A DNA stretch of 64,000 bases from Antedon mediterranea (taxonomy: Eukaryota; Animalia; Echinodermata), in NCBI RefSeq assembly GCF_964355755.1, contig NC_092670.1, forward strand, positions 9,848,201 through 9,912,200. Direction: 5' to 3'. Position 1 is the first letter of the stretch, and each line of letters begins with the position of its first letter. Positions 27,501 to 38,549 of the stretch are shown one piece after another. The notes under the pieces are model-generated. The model was not told the origin of the DNA. It saw only the letters and a list, made by a program, of their open reading frames with translations, and searched no databases. The translations under genes and the position numbers were made by a program.

Positions 27501-29991
27501 GTCTTGAAGTGGCTGCTGCACCTCCCCGTTTGGTTTATATACAAGTGACCCCCCCGGGGTTGATGTATAAAGAACACACATCCTATCTTCCGCATATGCG
27601 TAGAATGAGCTAACATGACAAAGTCACAAATTGAAAGCTCCTTAATAATGTCTTATTTTAGAATTTTGTTATAATTATTATTTATATATCTAACATTAGC
27701 AAATGTATGTTTCTGTTTAGAGGTTGAACAATACAAGTTCTTTTACTTCTACAGTATTTTCGATCCATGAAACAGCTACTATTATTGTTTAACTTACTGT
27801 AGATGTATGCTTGTATTTTTTTTGGATTATTTTTAATAAATGTGAATGCAAATACAACCAATCATGATCACTAAATGAGTTGTAATGAGGCTGCAATGCA
27901 ACAACCAGGTGCAATTGAGTTGTAACGAGGCTGCAATGCAACAACCAGGTGCAATTGAGTTGTAATGAGGCTTCAATGCAACAACCAGGTGCAATTGAGT
28001 TGTAATGAGGCTGCAATGCAACAACCAGGTGAAATTGAGTTGTAATGAGGCTGCAATGCAACAACCAGGTGCAATTGAGTTGTAATGAGGCTGCAATGCA
28101 ACAACCAGGTGCAATTGAGTTGTAACGAGGCTGCAATGCAACAACCAGGTGCAATTGAGTTGTAATGAGGCTTCAATGCAACAACCAGGTGCAATTGAGT
28201 TGTAACGAGGCTGCAATGCAACAACCAGGTGCAATTGAGTTGTAACGAGGCTTCAATGCAACAACCAGGTGCAATTGAGTTGTAACAAGGCTGCAATGCA
28301 ACAACCAGGTGCAATTGAGTTGTAACGAGGCTGCAATGCAACAACCAGGTGCAATTGAGTTGTAATGAGGCTTCAATGCAACAACCAGGTGCAATTGAGT
28401 TGTAATGAGGCTGCAATGCAACAACCAGGTGCAATTGAGTTGTAATGAGGCTGCAATGCAACAACCTGGTGCAATTGAGTTGTAATGAGGCTTCAATGCA
28501 ACAACCAGGTGCAATTGAGTTGTAACGAGGCTGCAATGCAACAACCAGGTGCAATTGAGGTGTAATGAGGCTGCAATGCAACAACCAGGTGCAATTGAGT
28601 TGTAATGAGGCTGCAATGCAACAAACAGGTGCAATTGAGTTGTAATGAGGCTGCAATGCAACAACCAGGTGCAATTGAGTTGTAATAAGGTTGCAATGCA
28701 TCAACCAGGTGCAATTGAGTTGTAATAAGGTTGCAATGCATCAACCAGGTGCAATTGAGTTGTAATAAGGCTGCAATGCAACAACCAGGTGCAATTGAGT
28801 TGTAATAAGGCTGCAATGCAACAACCAGGTGCAATTGAAGCATATATACCTTTGTTTCTTGACTGTGATACTACTGCTCAGTCTCTCCAGTGTAAACTGC
28901 CCTGTAGCATGGTCAAATATCAGAACACACTCTTTGGGATTTGGAACCTTTGAGCCTTGGTAAAGTGTATGACTTGTTACCGAGCCCTGCAATAACATTT
29001 ATGAAAATACTGTAATCTAGTTAATTAAAGGTGTTTATATTTTGTCAGAGGGCCTCAGGATATTAGCTGCCCTGCAGGTTCAGCTGGAAGAATTGTTTTC
29101 CTCTATTGTGTGGTAAACCACGTTTATTCATTTCCGTCAATGGTTTAACAGGATGTTTTGTACATCAACACAATCTTAAATATAATAGTAATATTTAATA
29201 ATTTTAATTAATGTTTTTAGTCTTTTTTCATGGATGGTAATTTTGATGAATTTGTATAGAACTTTTAAATTGTGTATTTATATCTATTTATTACAATTAA
29301 TTTTATACAGTATTACCTGTATGTATATATTTGTGGGGTTTTTTAAATGAAAAGTAATGAAATTCAGCCATCAACATTTATGATTATGTAGACAGACCTT
29401 TGTCCCTCCTTTTACAAAAAGTAACCCCAATAAATTATTATTATTTTACTGACCTCAAAGTTTGGAAGTGTTAATGAAACTTTGTTACTTTCTTCAACTT
29501 GTAGGTTGGCCTCCTGCGAGCAATCGATTGAAGCTGGTTTAAAATCATCTACAAAACAAGATAAATGAAAATAATTTGCAAAATACTTTTTTGCAACTTT
29601 CAATTTTTTTTACGGATATCACAATGTTTCTACCAAAATAATAATAGGTAGTAATTTAATACTGAAGTAAAAAAAGTTAGCTAAAAAAATTGATGAGGGA
29701 GACGACCTATACTGTAGTAATGTTATACAGTGTAAGTAGTAACAATCAATTCAGCAATGGATGCTACCATTCAAAATGATATTTTGTTCTTTATTTTATT
29801 TCAAAACACCTTCCAAACAAAGTCTCTCCTAAATGCACTGTACAATGTTTTAAACATCAGTATATCGAAGTTCACTAACATTTTAATTTATGATAAACTT
29901 CTCCAGATGACCTCTCAAAACTTTTTCCAAGTTTCAGTGTGTGAGTCTTGTTTCCAAAAAGCTGAAGAATTGATTCTGGTTTATCCGCCAT
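24590..29991 (-). CDS. EAF1: ELL-associated factor (EAF1/EAF2 ortholog), 276 aa, 7 coding exons
   Basis: Exons 29991-29880 (MADKP...LKLGKSFE), 29548-29454 (YDFKPASID), 28986-28850 (KECVLIFDHATGQFTLERLSSSITVKKQR), 26652-26516, 25843-25598 (Ser/acidic), 25269-25210 (FMMNLL) and 24633-24590 (EDLQLSESSSDSD*). All GT-AG, phases consistent, total 831 nt; hallmark EAF motifs. Confidence 0.93.
24780..24998 (+). mobile_element. tRNA-derived SINE with conserved central core and L2-like tail; second copy on the minus strand at ~54420-54630
   Basis: Head with GGTTAGAATTC; core TGCCTCTCTCCACCCAGGTGTACAAATGG; tail TGTACAGCGCTCAGAG...AGGCGCTTTATAAAT. Confidence 0.7.
25358..25470. mobile_element. Short Harbinger-like MITE (GCTCTGTCTACACTATC termini); copies at ~40135-40241 and ~55697-55835
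   Basis: TIR CTCTGTCTACACTATCA ... GATAGTGTAGACAGA and shared TGTGATGTGCC core in three copies. Confidence 0.7.
26795..27643. mobile_element. ISL2EU-like MITE interrupted by a nested element
   Basis: Termini AGGGAGCTTTTGATTT ... AAATTGAAAGCTCCTT, TSD AAT; an uninterrupted relative lies in reverse orientation at 35165-35344. Confidence 0.7.
26898..27558. mobile_element. Non-autonomous DNA transposon with 8-bp TSD (hAT/MULE/P-type class, superfamily unresolved)
   Basis: Perfect TIR CCCGGGGGGGTCAC / GTGACCCCCCCGGG plus subterminal IR (ACGGGGAGGTGC / GCACCTCCCCGT); perfect TSD GTTGATGT at 26890-26897 and 27559-27566. Confidence 0.88.
27876..28838. repeat. 40-bp minisatellite, ~24 copies, in EAF coding intron 3
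   Basis: Unit TGAGTTGTAATGAGGCTGCAATGCAACAACCAGGTGCAAT with recurring point variants. Confidence 0.97.
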
Positions 29992-30124
29992 ATTTCATCA
30001 CGATTCTGACCACCATAAGATTTCATTCATGTGCCTATATCAGGGATATAATATATATATATATATATATATATACAGTATACAGTATATACGGGTTTTT
30101 TAAGCTTCAAACAAATTTCTATCC

Positions 30125-31300
30125 TAGAGTAGTAGTAGTAGTTAGTAGGCTAGCCAGGGCCTAACCTATTCATAATAATACTTAATAATAGGCTTATAAT
30201 TTCTAGCCTCCTACTGTACCCTCTAGATATAGTAGGCCGAGCTAGCTACTACACGCCTCTCTCTAGCTTGTACACTAACTACAGTATACTACTGTACTAG
30301 GCTAGGCTATTTATCTAGCCTAGGCCTAACTAGGGTAGGGCCTAGCTAGTAGAGTAGGCCTAGGCTAGGCCTAGCCTAGCGGCCCTAGGCTAGGGCCTAG
30401 CTAGGTCCAGCTAGGCTAGTAGGCCTACCTTATTTAGGCTTAATAGGCCTACCTAATATACTTATGTGTAAATTAAAATAGGTTTTGACAATAGAATAAG
30501 GCTATTTATACTTTATACACCAAGGCTAGTCCTATATATAGGCCTACCTTATTGTATTAATATTAATTAGCCCACATTAGATCAGTTTTCTAGCCGTCTT
30601 TCCGTCCTCTTCTTTCTGTTTTTTAGTCGTCGTCGGCATATAATCGCCGTCACGCATCATCGAACAGGTGTTGCTGCCCTCTTGTAAAAAAAAGTAAGAT
30701 TAGACTTTGTAAACCAGACGGTTTACACCTAGGCCTAGTCGTCCTTAACCCTTCTGCTGAAAGAAGAAAATGTTCTTTGCTAGGCTGGGCCTCCCGCCCT
30801 AACTGAGTTGCAGTAGGCTAGTTACATAAGGTAAGGCCTAGCCTAGCCTAGTCTTGTTGTTATCTACTAAATCCCCCTGTGTATACCATTTAAAAACAGG
30901 TGATACTTATATAGCCTAGGCTAGCCTATCCACCACTAGGCCTAGTACTAGCTAGGCCTATATAGAATAATAGGCCTAGCTAGGCCTAGGCCTCAGACTA
31001 GGCTAGGCCTGGTGAGGCCTAGGCCTAGCCTAGCCTAGCTAGGCCTAGCCTAGCCTAGCTAGGCCTACTACCTAGACCACCTATTTATTATAGTGAGCCT
31101 AAAAATACTAGGCCTCTAGCTAGGCCTACTAGATAGGTACGGTAGGTACCTGTACTCTAGTAGTACTAGTAGGCTAGCCTAACTAGTTAGGCTACGCCTA
31201 CACAGTACTTAGCCTATAGATAGGCCTACTTATATCTACTACTAGCTACTACACTACAGTACTTACTACTACTACTAGCCTAGGCCTAGAGGCCTAGTCT
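30125..31300. repeat. CTAG/TAGGCCTA-rich low-complexity blocks flanking the bidirectional promoter
   Basis: Dozens of overlapping TAGGCCTA, CTAG and TAGCTA palindromes at ~30125-30545 and ~30830-31300, continuing at ~32180-32270. Confidence 0.85.
30548..30830. promoter_or_regulatory. Putative bidirectional promoter and first non-coding exons of EAF (-) and DCAKD (+)
   Basis: CpG-richer island between divergent genes; minus-strand donor AAG/GTAGGC at 30548/30547 and plus-strand donor AAG/GTAAGG at 30830/30831; partial CTCF-like TGCTGCCCTCTTG at ~30672; both first coding exons are preceded by acceptors (30034 on -, 33046 on +). Confidence 0.5.
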
Positions 31301-31307
31301 ATGCCTA

Positions 31308-32173
31308 TGTTATGCGCGATTTGAACGATTTGCGCAATTTGAAATTGCGCAAAAAAAATCCTTGCGCAATTTGAATTGAAACATGTGTTTCAAATTGCGC
31401 AAGCAACGTATTAAATTGCGCAAGTAATCTGCAAATTGCGCAAGGTTTTTCGACAGATTGTGAAATCATGCATACCCATATTTTTATAGTAATTTCTAAG
31501 AATGATTCAAAATTAAAGATAAATATTTGCATTTTCTTATTTTAGTAGTGCAAATATTGTTATAAGTTAGCATACCGTCGAAGAACCGACGAAGGAAAAC
31601 GAAGCGGTGGTGTTCCACCAGGCGGGCGCGGCGCGGGCGGCCGGCTATACTACTCTAGCCTAGCTAGGGTCTGGACTACTGATACTGACTAGGTTAGCTT
31701 AAACTAATATTAAAAACTTAATTTTTACATTTATTTTGATTTATTTCAAGTTACAGTGATAATATTATTTAATTGTAATAATAATAGTTATGTATTTATT
31801 ACACACATCTTCGCATTTATTATGTTTTATTTTGAGTTATTTAGTTTCCAATAAATTATTATAATACCGATTGTCTGGTAGAATTTTGTTGCGCAATTTG
31901 AAAATTTACAGTTCGTTTTCAAATTGCGCAAAGGTGTCATATTGCGCAAGAACTATCTTGCGCAATTTACAAATTGTGCAGCGCAATTTAAAATTGCGCA
32001 AAGAATTCTTGCGCAATTTGAAATTGCGCAAGTTGATTGCGCAATTTGAAATTGCGCAAAAAAATCCTTGCGCAATTTTAAATTGCGCAAGAATTCTTTG
32101 CGCAATTTCAAATTGCGCAAGGATTTTTTTGCGCAATTTCAAATTGCGCAAATCGTTCAAATCGCGCATAACA
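31308..32173. mobile_element. Ginger-like MITE with arrays of TTGCGCAA palindromes
   Basis: TGT...ACA termini; ~65-bp near-perfect TIR (TGTTATGCGCGATTTGAACGATTTGCGCAATTTGAAATTGCGCAAAA...); 4-bp TSD CCTA at 31304-31307 and 32174-32177. Confidence 0.82.
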
Positions 32174-32280
32174 CCTATACTACTAGCCAGGGCAGGCAGG
32201 GGAATGATGTAGGCCTAGGCATATCTTGTACTAGGCTAGGTTAGAGGAGGGCCTAGGCTAGTAGGACCTATTTTATTATT

Positions 32281-32419
32281 TGTGGCTATGATACGGTACC
32301 GTATCGTAACTTCCGTTTACTAAAAAGGTACGGTAAAATTGCATTACGTCATAATCCAGCACCCCATTGCCGTTGGCCATAAAGGGAAGTTAGAATACGG
32401 TACCGTATCTTTAGCCACA
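32281..32419. repeat. Inverted-repeat element (probable MITE) with ATACGGTACCGTAT palindromes in both arms
   Basis: TGTGGCTATGATACGGTACCGTATCGTAACTTCC ... GGAAGTTAGAATACGGTACCGTATCTTTAGCCACA; no clean TSD. Confidence 0.6.
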
Positions 32420-33067
32420 GCGTTTATTATTTTAGCTCAGACTGTGTCTGTGTTTTTGTAACCATGCATGGAGGAAATATATATATTTCCTCCATGGTAG
32501 CCTAGGTCAGGAGGCATATTATATATATTTTTATTTATACAAAGATCGCATATAATAATTTTGATTTTTATATATTTTTTATTATAAATATACAAATCCA
32601 AAAGCAAATTACTGAAAAAATGACAATGCTGTGGGTATCAGTGGCTGGATCTCAATAGAGATATAAAAAAAAAGCGAAAACCTAAATGAAAACGATAAAG
32701 TAAAACAGCCAGAAAAATTAGCAGAGTTTTCGGGAAACACTATATAAATATAATATATTTAAACAAAAATGTAATTGCATATTTGAACGGTGAATTATCT
32801 ATGTGCTAAGTGTGTACAGAAGTAGTACTTGCGGCAAAGAATAATTTACACTCGTGTGCGCTAGTACATTAAAATATAAAGTTTGATTGATTTTGCATAT
32901 TTTCTGGGCGCTCGAATCGGAGCCCCTTTTGGGTCATCCAGTGTTATCTGTTTTGGATGCATACCGAATCTGATCAATGTGAATCTAAATTTAGTGTCCA
33001 GTTATATTGACCAAGGACTGTAATCTTTTTTTTTTTGGCACCCCAGGTAGATGTAGGCCCAGCAGTT

Positions 33068-36000
33068 ATGTTTCTGGTTGGGCTGACAGGAGGAATAGCA
33101 TCTGGCAAGAGTACAGTTTCAACAATGCTTGCAAAGTTTGGATGCCCAATTATAGATGCCGATGTTATAGCAAGGTATAAATTCAAGTATAACTTTTAAT
33201 TACATTTTAATCAATTTTATTAACACTAGCCCTTCATCAGTGCAAGTGACGGAATTTGGATAATGTCATAGCATAAAAACTGGCAAGTGCTGCCTGGGTG
33301 GACAGGAATAAAAGAAATACAACAAAATGAGACAGGGTGGTCAATGGGGGGTGGAGACTAAATAAGAGTAGAAGACAAAGAAGGTAGAGATATAAACAAT
33401 ATTGGAATGGAACTAAAAAAACAGCTTAAATGGTGGTTAATATTGAAACTTAAATGTTGGTAGTCACAATGGAATAATTTCAACAATGTTTTATACTGTT
33501 ATTTATTCAATACTCAATAGATTGAACTGTTCTTAACATAACAAGTAACCGCAATACAATTGAATCTATAGAATATAATGTGAAATTGAAATTTGAAAAG
33601 ATACTAAGATCAAATTAAATCATGAAACATACAATTGCATGTGAATTTGTATGGAACTATTGTTTCCATGAATGCTGTATAGAAAATTTTAAGTTTTCCA
33701 AGAAGGCTGTTTTATGCTACATTAAACACTAAAATAAGCCACTAGATAACAAAGTTTTCGAAAATTGTTTTCAAAAGACTTGTAACTGTACAATGCAAGT
33801 CAAAAATTGTTATTTATTTTCTCAATCTCAGTATCGTATTTAAAGATTGTGGCTGGTTATAAACTATGAATAAAAAAAGGGAAGTTTGTATAATTCTCTG
33901 ACTGTTATATGCCAAATTAATTCTACGGTAGATACAGTATCTGATTGGAATAATAACATATTAATAATAATAATAACAACAGATATTTATAGCGCTAATT
34001 CAAAGCTTAACAGCGCTGTGTGAGAATAAAGCAAGGTAATTAAAATTTAAAAGAATGTGAAAGGGAAGTTTGTATAATTCTCCGACTGTTATATGCCAAG
34101 TTATTTCTACTGTAGATACAGTATCTGATTGGAATAATAACTGATTAATAATAATAACAACAACAACAGATGTTTATATAGCGCCAATTCAAAACTTATT
34201 AACGGCGCTGTGTGAGAATAAAGCAGGGTAATTAAAAATTCTGAAAAAAGATTTGTTTATAAGTTGACTTTAAAGGAAAGTAGGTTTGATGAATTACGCC
34301 AACAGAAAATAGTAATGAGTTCCAAATAAGAGGGGCTTAAAAGGAAAAGGCGCAGTGACCATACGTTTTGTGCTGAAGAGATGGAACTGTCAATAGATGT
34401 TATAGAGGATGAACGAAGCTGACATAGAGGGAAAAAATAGTGGTTTGAGGAGAGTTAATCGGGTTTGAAGTGGTTATCAAAGAGGAGTTTGAGGGGAAGG
34501 GGTAGAACGGGTTACTTTGGTGAAAATGTTGTGGTTATTTTTTTCAGGCTTATAGATCTAATAAACTTAGTGTAACTTGCAGCCTAACTAGCAATTTATA
34601 AATTGTAAGGTTTTAGGAACATTCTAATGGTTTGAATCTTTTTAAAGCTGTTTTTAATCCTTTTAAAGCTGTTTTAAACTATTTTAATCTCCTGAATCCT
34701 ATTCAATTTTAATACCTTGTCATTTTTACACCGTGTTTCATAACTTATATTTTTTTTTGTGCAATTATGTGTGTGTACATAATATATTATATTGTATATC
34801 TATTTATTATTTTACTAATAATTGTCAATCTTCAAGAAGAATTTCTGTTGTTATTTTATGATGATGATGGACAAATAAAGCATTTCAGTATTCAGTATTC
34901 ATTCAGTATTCAGTAACTGGGCTGAACTGCTCAAAGGTGTGGACATTAACATACAAACCCATCTCTTCTTTATAGTACAATGTCATTCTGCTGTAGCCAT
35001 AATGAAGCGACTTTATCTTTGCAAGCACCAAGCTTGCTGACATTCACAGCTACTGTATCTATTTCTGAATAATTTTATTACACTTCTGTATACTGCATAG
35101 TCAAATAAGTGTGACCACAAAACATTTGAATTAATTAAACATTTAAATCAAACCATGAAAGAGTAGGGAGCTATTGAGTTTTGATGATCGACGACCAAAC
35201 TATGTCATGTTTGTTTGTTGTGCGCATGCATATTGGGACGCGTATATTCACTCCTCACATGACGCAGGTTTGATGGTTTCTGACGACACATCGATTGACC
35301 TGACCTAGACTGGTCATCGGTCTTCTTAAAATCAAAAGCGCCCTATTTATATAGTAAAATATTCGTTTACAGACAAGTGGTAGAGCCAAATACGCCAGCT
35401 TGGCGTCTTATTGTCAAACACTTTGGCCATGAGTTCTTACTCGCTGATAGAACCATAGATCGACCAAAGCTTGCGGCATGTATATTTGGCGATGAAAAGA
35501 AACGCAAACTTCTCAATTCTTGCACTCATCCGTTTATACAAAAAGAAATGATGTGGCAAGTCTTTGTGAATTTTATTAAAGGTAAATATAGAAAGTGGTA
35601 TTTGTGCCTTCCGACCAACACCCTGGGTTCAATCCTAGACAGTATCAACATTTTGTTATGGTAAAAACAGTGCCTAGGAGTAAATGTGTAGATTTGTGTA
35701 CTAGTAACAATTATTTTAGGCCAGAGGGTAGGTTAGTATGTGCCTGCCACTTGGCCAGTCACTCACAATTATTACTAGCTTTTTATCTTTTTTTAAAAAT
35801 GTTAATGTTATTGTTAATTCGAGCTTACTATCAGATAAAATCTGATCTTGTGAAATGTGAAGATAAAACTTTTGTCTTGAGAAACCAATTTTGTATATTT
35901 TTTAAGATCATTTTAATCCAGACCTTTTTATTTGAATTGCCCCGTGTGGGATGAATAAAGAATTTTGAATTGAATTGAATATAAATATTGGAAGTGTTTG

Positions 36001-36469
36001 GAATATTTACTTACCAACGTTAAAATGATTAAATGAAGAAAGTCAACTGCATTTGAAGAAAATTATTGTTTCGGTTCCTTGTTAAAATAAATAATGGAAT
36101 TGTTATGGCTAATATATTATTATTGTTACATTATTATTCTACATTTCTTTCAAGTGATTGAACTCAACTCCTTAATAATAATCATAATTAGTCATTCCTA
36201 ATTTTATTGTAGTAATTTTCCCTTTGTATAATAACAGGAAGGTATGTTAAAAAAATATTGTATAAAATTCAGTAGAAAAAAAACAATGTACAATAATATC
36301 CAGAGCTGGCATATCAATCAATTTATTTTTAGCATTTTTAATACAAAAACCCCCATTTTTCTGTATTAAGGTGACCTTTAAGGTGACCTTTTATCAGTTT
36401 CTCTATTATTTATTATTTCAGTTTATATTTTATTATTATTAATTAAATGATTTACTCATTGATTGTTAT

Positions 36470-36504
<35 letters not shown>

Positions 36505-37282
36505 TTTTAATTGATTGATTGATTGATTTAAATTATTGACTGATATTTTACAATAGAATAAAAACTATATACAATAATATCCAGGGCTGGCATATCAATC
36601 AATTTATTTTTTATCAATTTTTCAGTATTAAATTGATCTTTTATCAGTTTTTTTGTCCTTTATTGATTATTATTAATCAAATGATTTACTCATTGATTTG
36701 TCATTGATATAATAGATTGGTTTTTATTGATTGATTGATTTAAATTATTGATTGATATTTTTTTCTTCTAAATTTGCTAATTAGGTCATCAGTTTGTCAT
36801 TTTGGATATACCATTATTACTAGAGGGGAGTAAGCTGTTGAAATATATTCACAGAGTAGTAGTGGTCTACTGGTAAGTGGTAATATTGAAAGCCCAGTAC
36901 AGTATGTTGATATGATGATGTCTTAGTGTTGGGAAAGTTGAGTATCAATTTATTCACCATTTCAAAATACTGTAATATGAATATTTGTAAAAATTGCAGC
37001 AATGGAACAACCCAAATACAACGTCTTATGCAGAGAAACAACCTGTCAGAAGAAGACGCCCTGAAAAGAATCAAATCGCAAATGAATCTAGAAGAAAAAA
37101 AACAGATGGCAGACTTTGTTATTGAGAACTCTTACGGGCTAGAAGAGACAAAACAACAAGTTGAGAGACTACTTTGTAATTTGAGACACTCAAAAGCCCA
37201 TCTACTCGTAAGGGTACCATTAATTATGATTTTGATTTTCATTAGTCTTATTAGTATTATTTTTATATATTATTATGCATAA
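33068..37282 (+). CDS. DCAKD: Dephospho-CoA kinase domain-containing protein, 228 aa, C-terminal TM anchor
   Basis: Exons 33068-33174 ([18 protein letters not shown]-loop ... IIDADVIAR), 35373-35581 (IDRPKLA...LLNSCTHP), 36785-36872 (VILDIPLL) and 37000-37282 (QIQRLMQRN...RIKSQM...ADFVIEN, hydrophobic tail). Total 687 nt, phases consistent. Confidence 0.95.
33876..34235. repeat. ~185-bp local tandem duplication covering the 3' tail of an L2-like LINE fragment (minus strand, to ~34430)
   Basis: AAAGGGAAGTTTGTATAATTCTC...AGATACAGTATCTGATTGGAATAATAAC occurs at 33876 and 34061; TTTAT(A)TAGCGC tail motif in both units. Confidence 0.75.
35165..35344. mobile_element. ISL2EU-like MITE, uninterrupted relative of 26795-27643
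   Basis: AGGGAGCTATTGAGTTT ... AAAATCAAAAGCGCCCT; internal blocks align to the joined halves of the 26795 element. Confidence 0.7.
36288..36760. repeat. ~280-bp imperfect tandem duplication in a DCAKD intron, with a (TA)n tract
   Basis: TACAATAATATCCAG(A/G)GCTGGCATATCAATCAATTTATTTT at ~36288 and ~36570, with matching downstream blocks. Confidence 0.75.
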
Positions 37283-37328
37283 TTATGTTTTGTGTGTCTT
37301 TAAATAGAGATATTTTTTAAATACTAGT

Positions 37329-37870
37329 GATACAGATTCATTTATTGTCCAAAATAATAATGGAAATTACAGTGCTCATAAACCTTGGCTTGCCTAACAT
37401 AAATATAAATATAAAGGGGACTATCTAACAAATGTTTTGTTATAATACCTTATCCCAGCTGGGTAGAAGGAGTACTTGTAACAGTCCGTCTGCGCATTCA
37501 CCGTCCTCATCCTACCACTTCTAACAATAACGGAGCCGATAATGTCCTTATGAAGAGGATGGTTGGTGTCTTCCAATATAGCATGGAACACATCGGCAAG
37601 ACGTTCGCTGTAGAAAGAGTCGAGCGTTTGCACAGACGAACCAATTACTTTCCCCGCTCTACCCAGCACCTTTTCAATTCGGTCCCCTTTACTGATATTC
37701 CCAGCCCCCTTTACTGATATTCCCAGCCCAGCCCAACATACAATAACCCCAAATAGATAACATCACTGATGAGTAAAACATTTTACAAATATCCTGCTTT
37801 ACTCCAAACGAACCGAGTTTCCTCAGGCAGTGCAGCCGATTCTCTGTATTATGTCTAGCGACAGTAAACA
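37329..37870 (-). mobile_element. Non-LTR retrotransposon 3' end (Rex1/Babar-like ORF2 C-terminus), degenerate
   Basis: Frameshifted peptides RLHCLRKLGSFGV...MFYSSVMLSIWGYCMLGWAGN and HPLH...SGRMRTVNAQTDCYKYSFYPAGIRYYN; 3' end AATAAATGAATCTGTATC. Confidence 0.8.
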
Positions 37871-38202
37871 TTCTGCAGTATCGTGTCTGTTGATGACAAC
37901 AGCCCCATTCCATAGCACATAACTCCAAATATTACCTTTAACCTAACCCCTATAAATAGTCTCACGGTGTATGAAAAAAACAACCATCCTAACTCTGAGG
38001 ATCGAACCAAAGTTCACTTATTGGAAAACTGGAGCATACAACGCTTTGAAGAAGAGCCTATTAGTGTCAGTCCCATGTGAGGAAAGTTGCAGTCTGAAGA
38101 TAGGATACGGCACATTGCTTTTTTGGCACAAGACATGATACCCCATGTATTGGGTGACTTGAAGAGTCAAATAGTCCCTCTTCATGATGACTAATAGCTT
38201 AA

Positions 38203-38549
38203 AGATGTATTGTCTCCCAAAAACATGAAAAATGAAGATTAATTAAATCAGACTTTGAATATGTTATTTTGTAGTTTTAATAAAGTTAATCACTTCCATA
38301 GAAAAAAAAATGAAAAAAATCATGTTTTCACTTATAAAATGACAAAATAAATGGTTAATTTCAACCAAAAATCCATTGGCTGGCAGCCAATTTGACCATT
38401 TTTTGCTCCAAATTACATTTTTTCAGGTAAATACATTTTTTTTTCGATCCAATTTTTGGTCAAAGTGGATAACTATTATGTTACACTAAAATGGGATATT
38501 TAACAAAAAACATTTGTAAGAATTATTTTTTCAGGGGGACAATACATCT
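38203..38549. mobile_element. Kolobok-like MITE; fragments at ~49450-49650, ~53680-53830 and ~58200-58400
   Basis: TTAA TSD at 38199-38202 and 38550-38553; TIR AGATGTATTGTC ... GACAATACATCT. Confidence 0.8.

Noticed and set aside
27789-28843. Overlapping 116-243 aa Cys-rich ORFs on the minus strand
   Set aside because: They are translations of the 40-bp minisatellite cycling through three frames inside an EAF intron.
31305-32212. ORFs with LRNLKLRK / AQFEIAQ repeats
   Set aside because: Artefacts of the TTGCGCAA arrays in the MITE.
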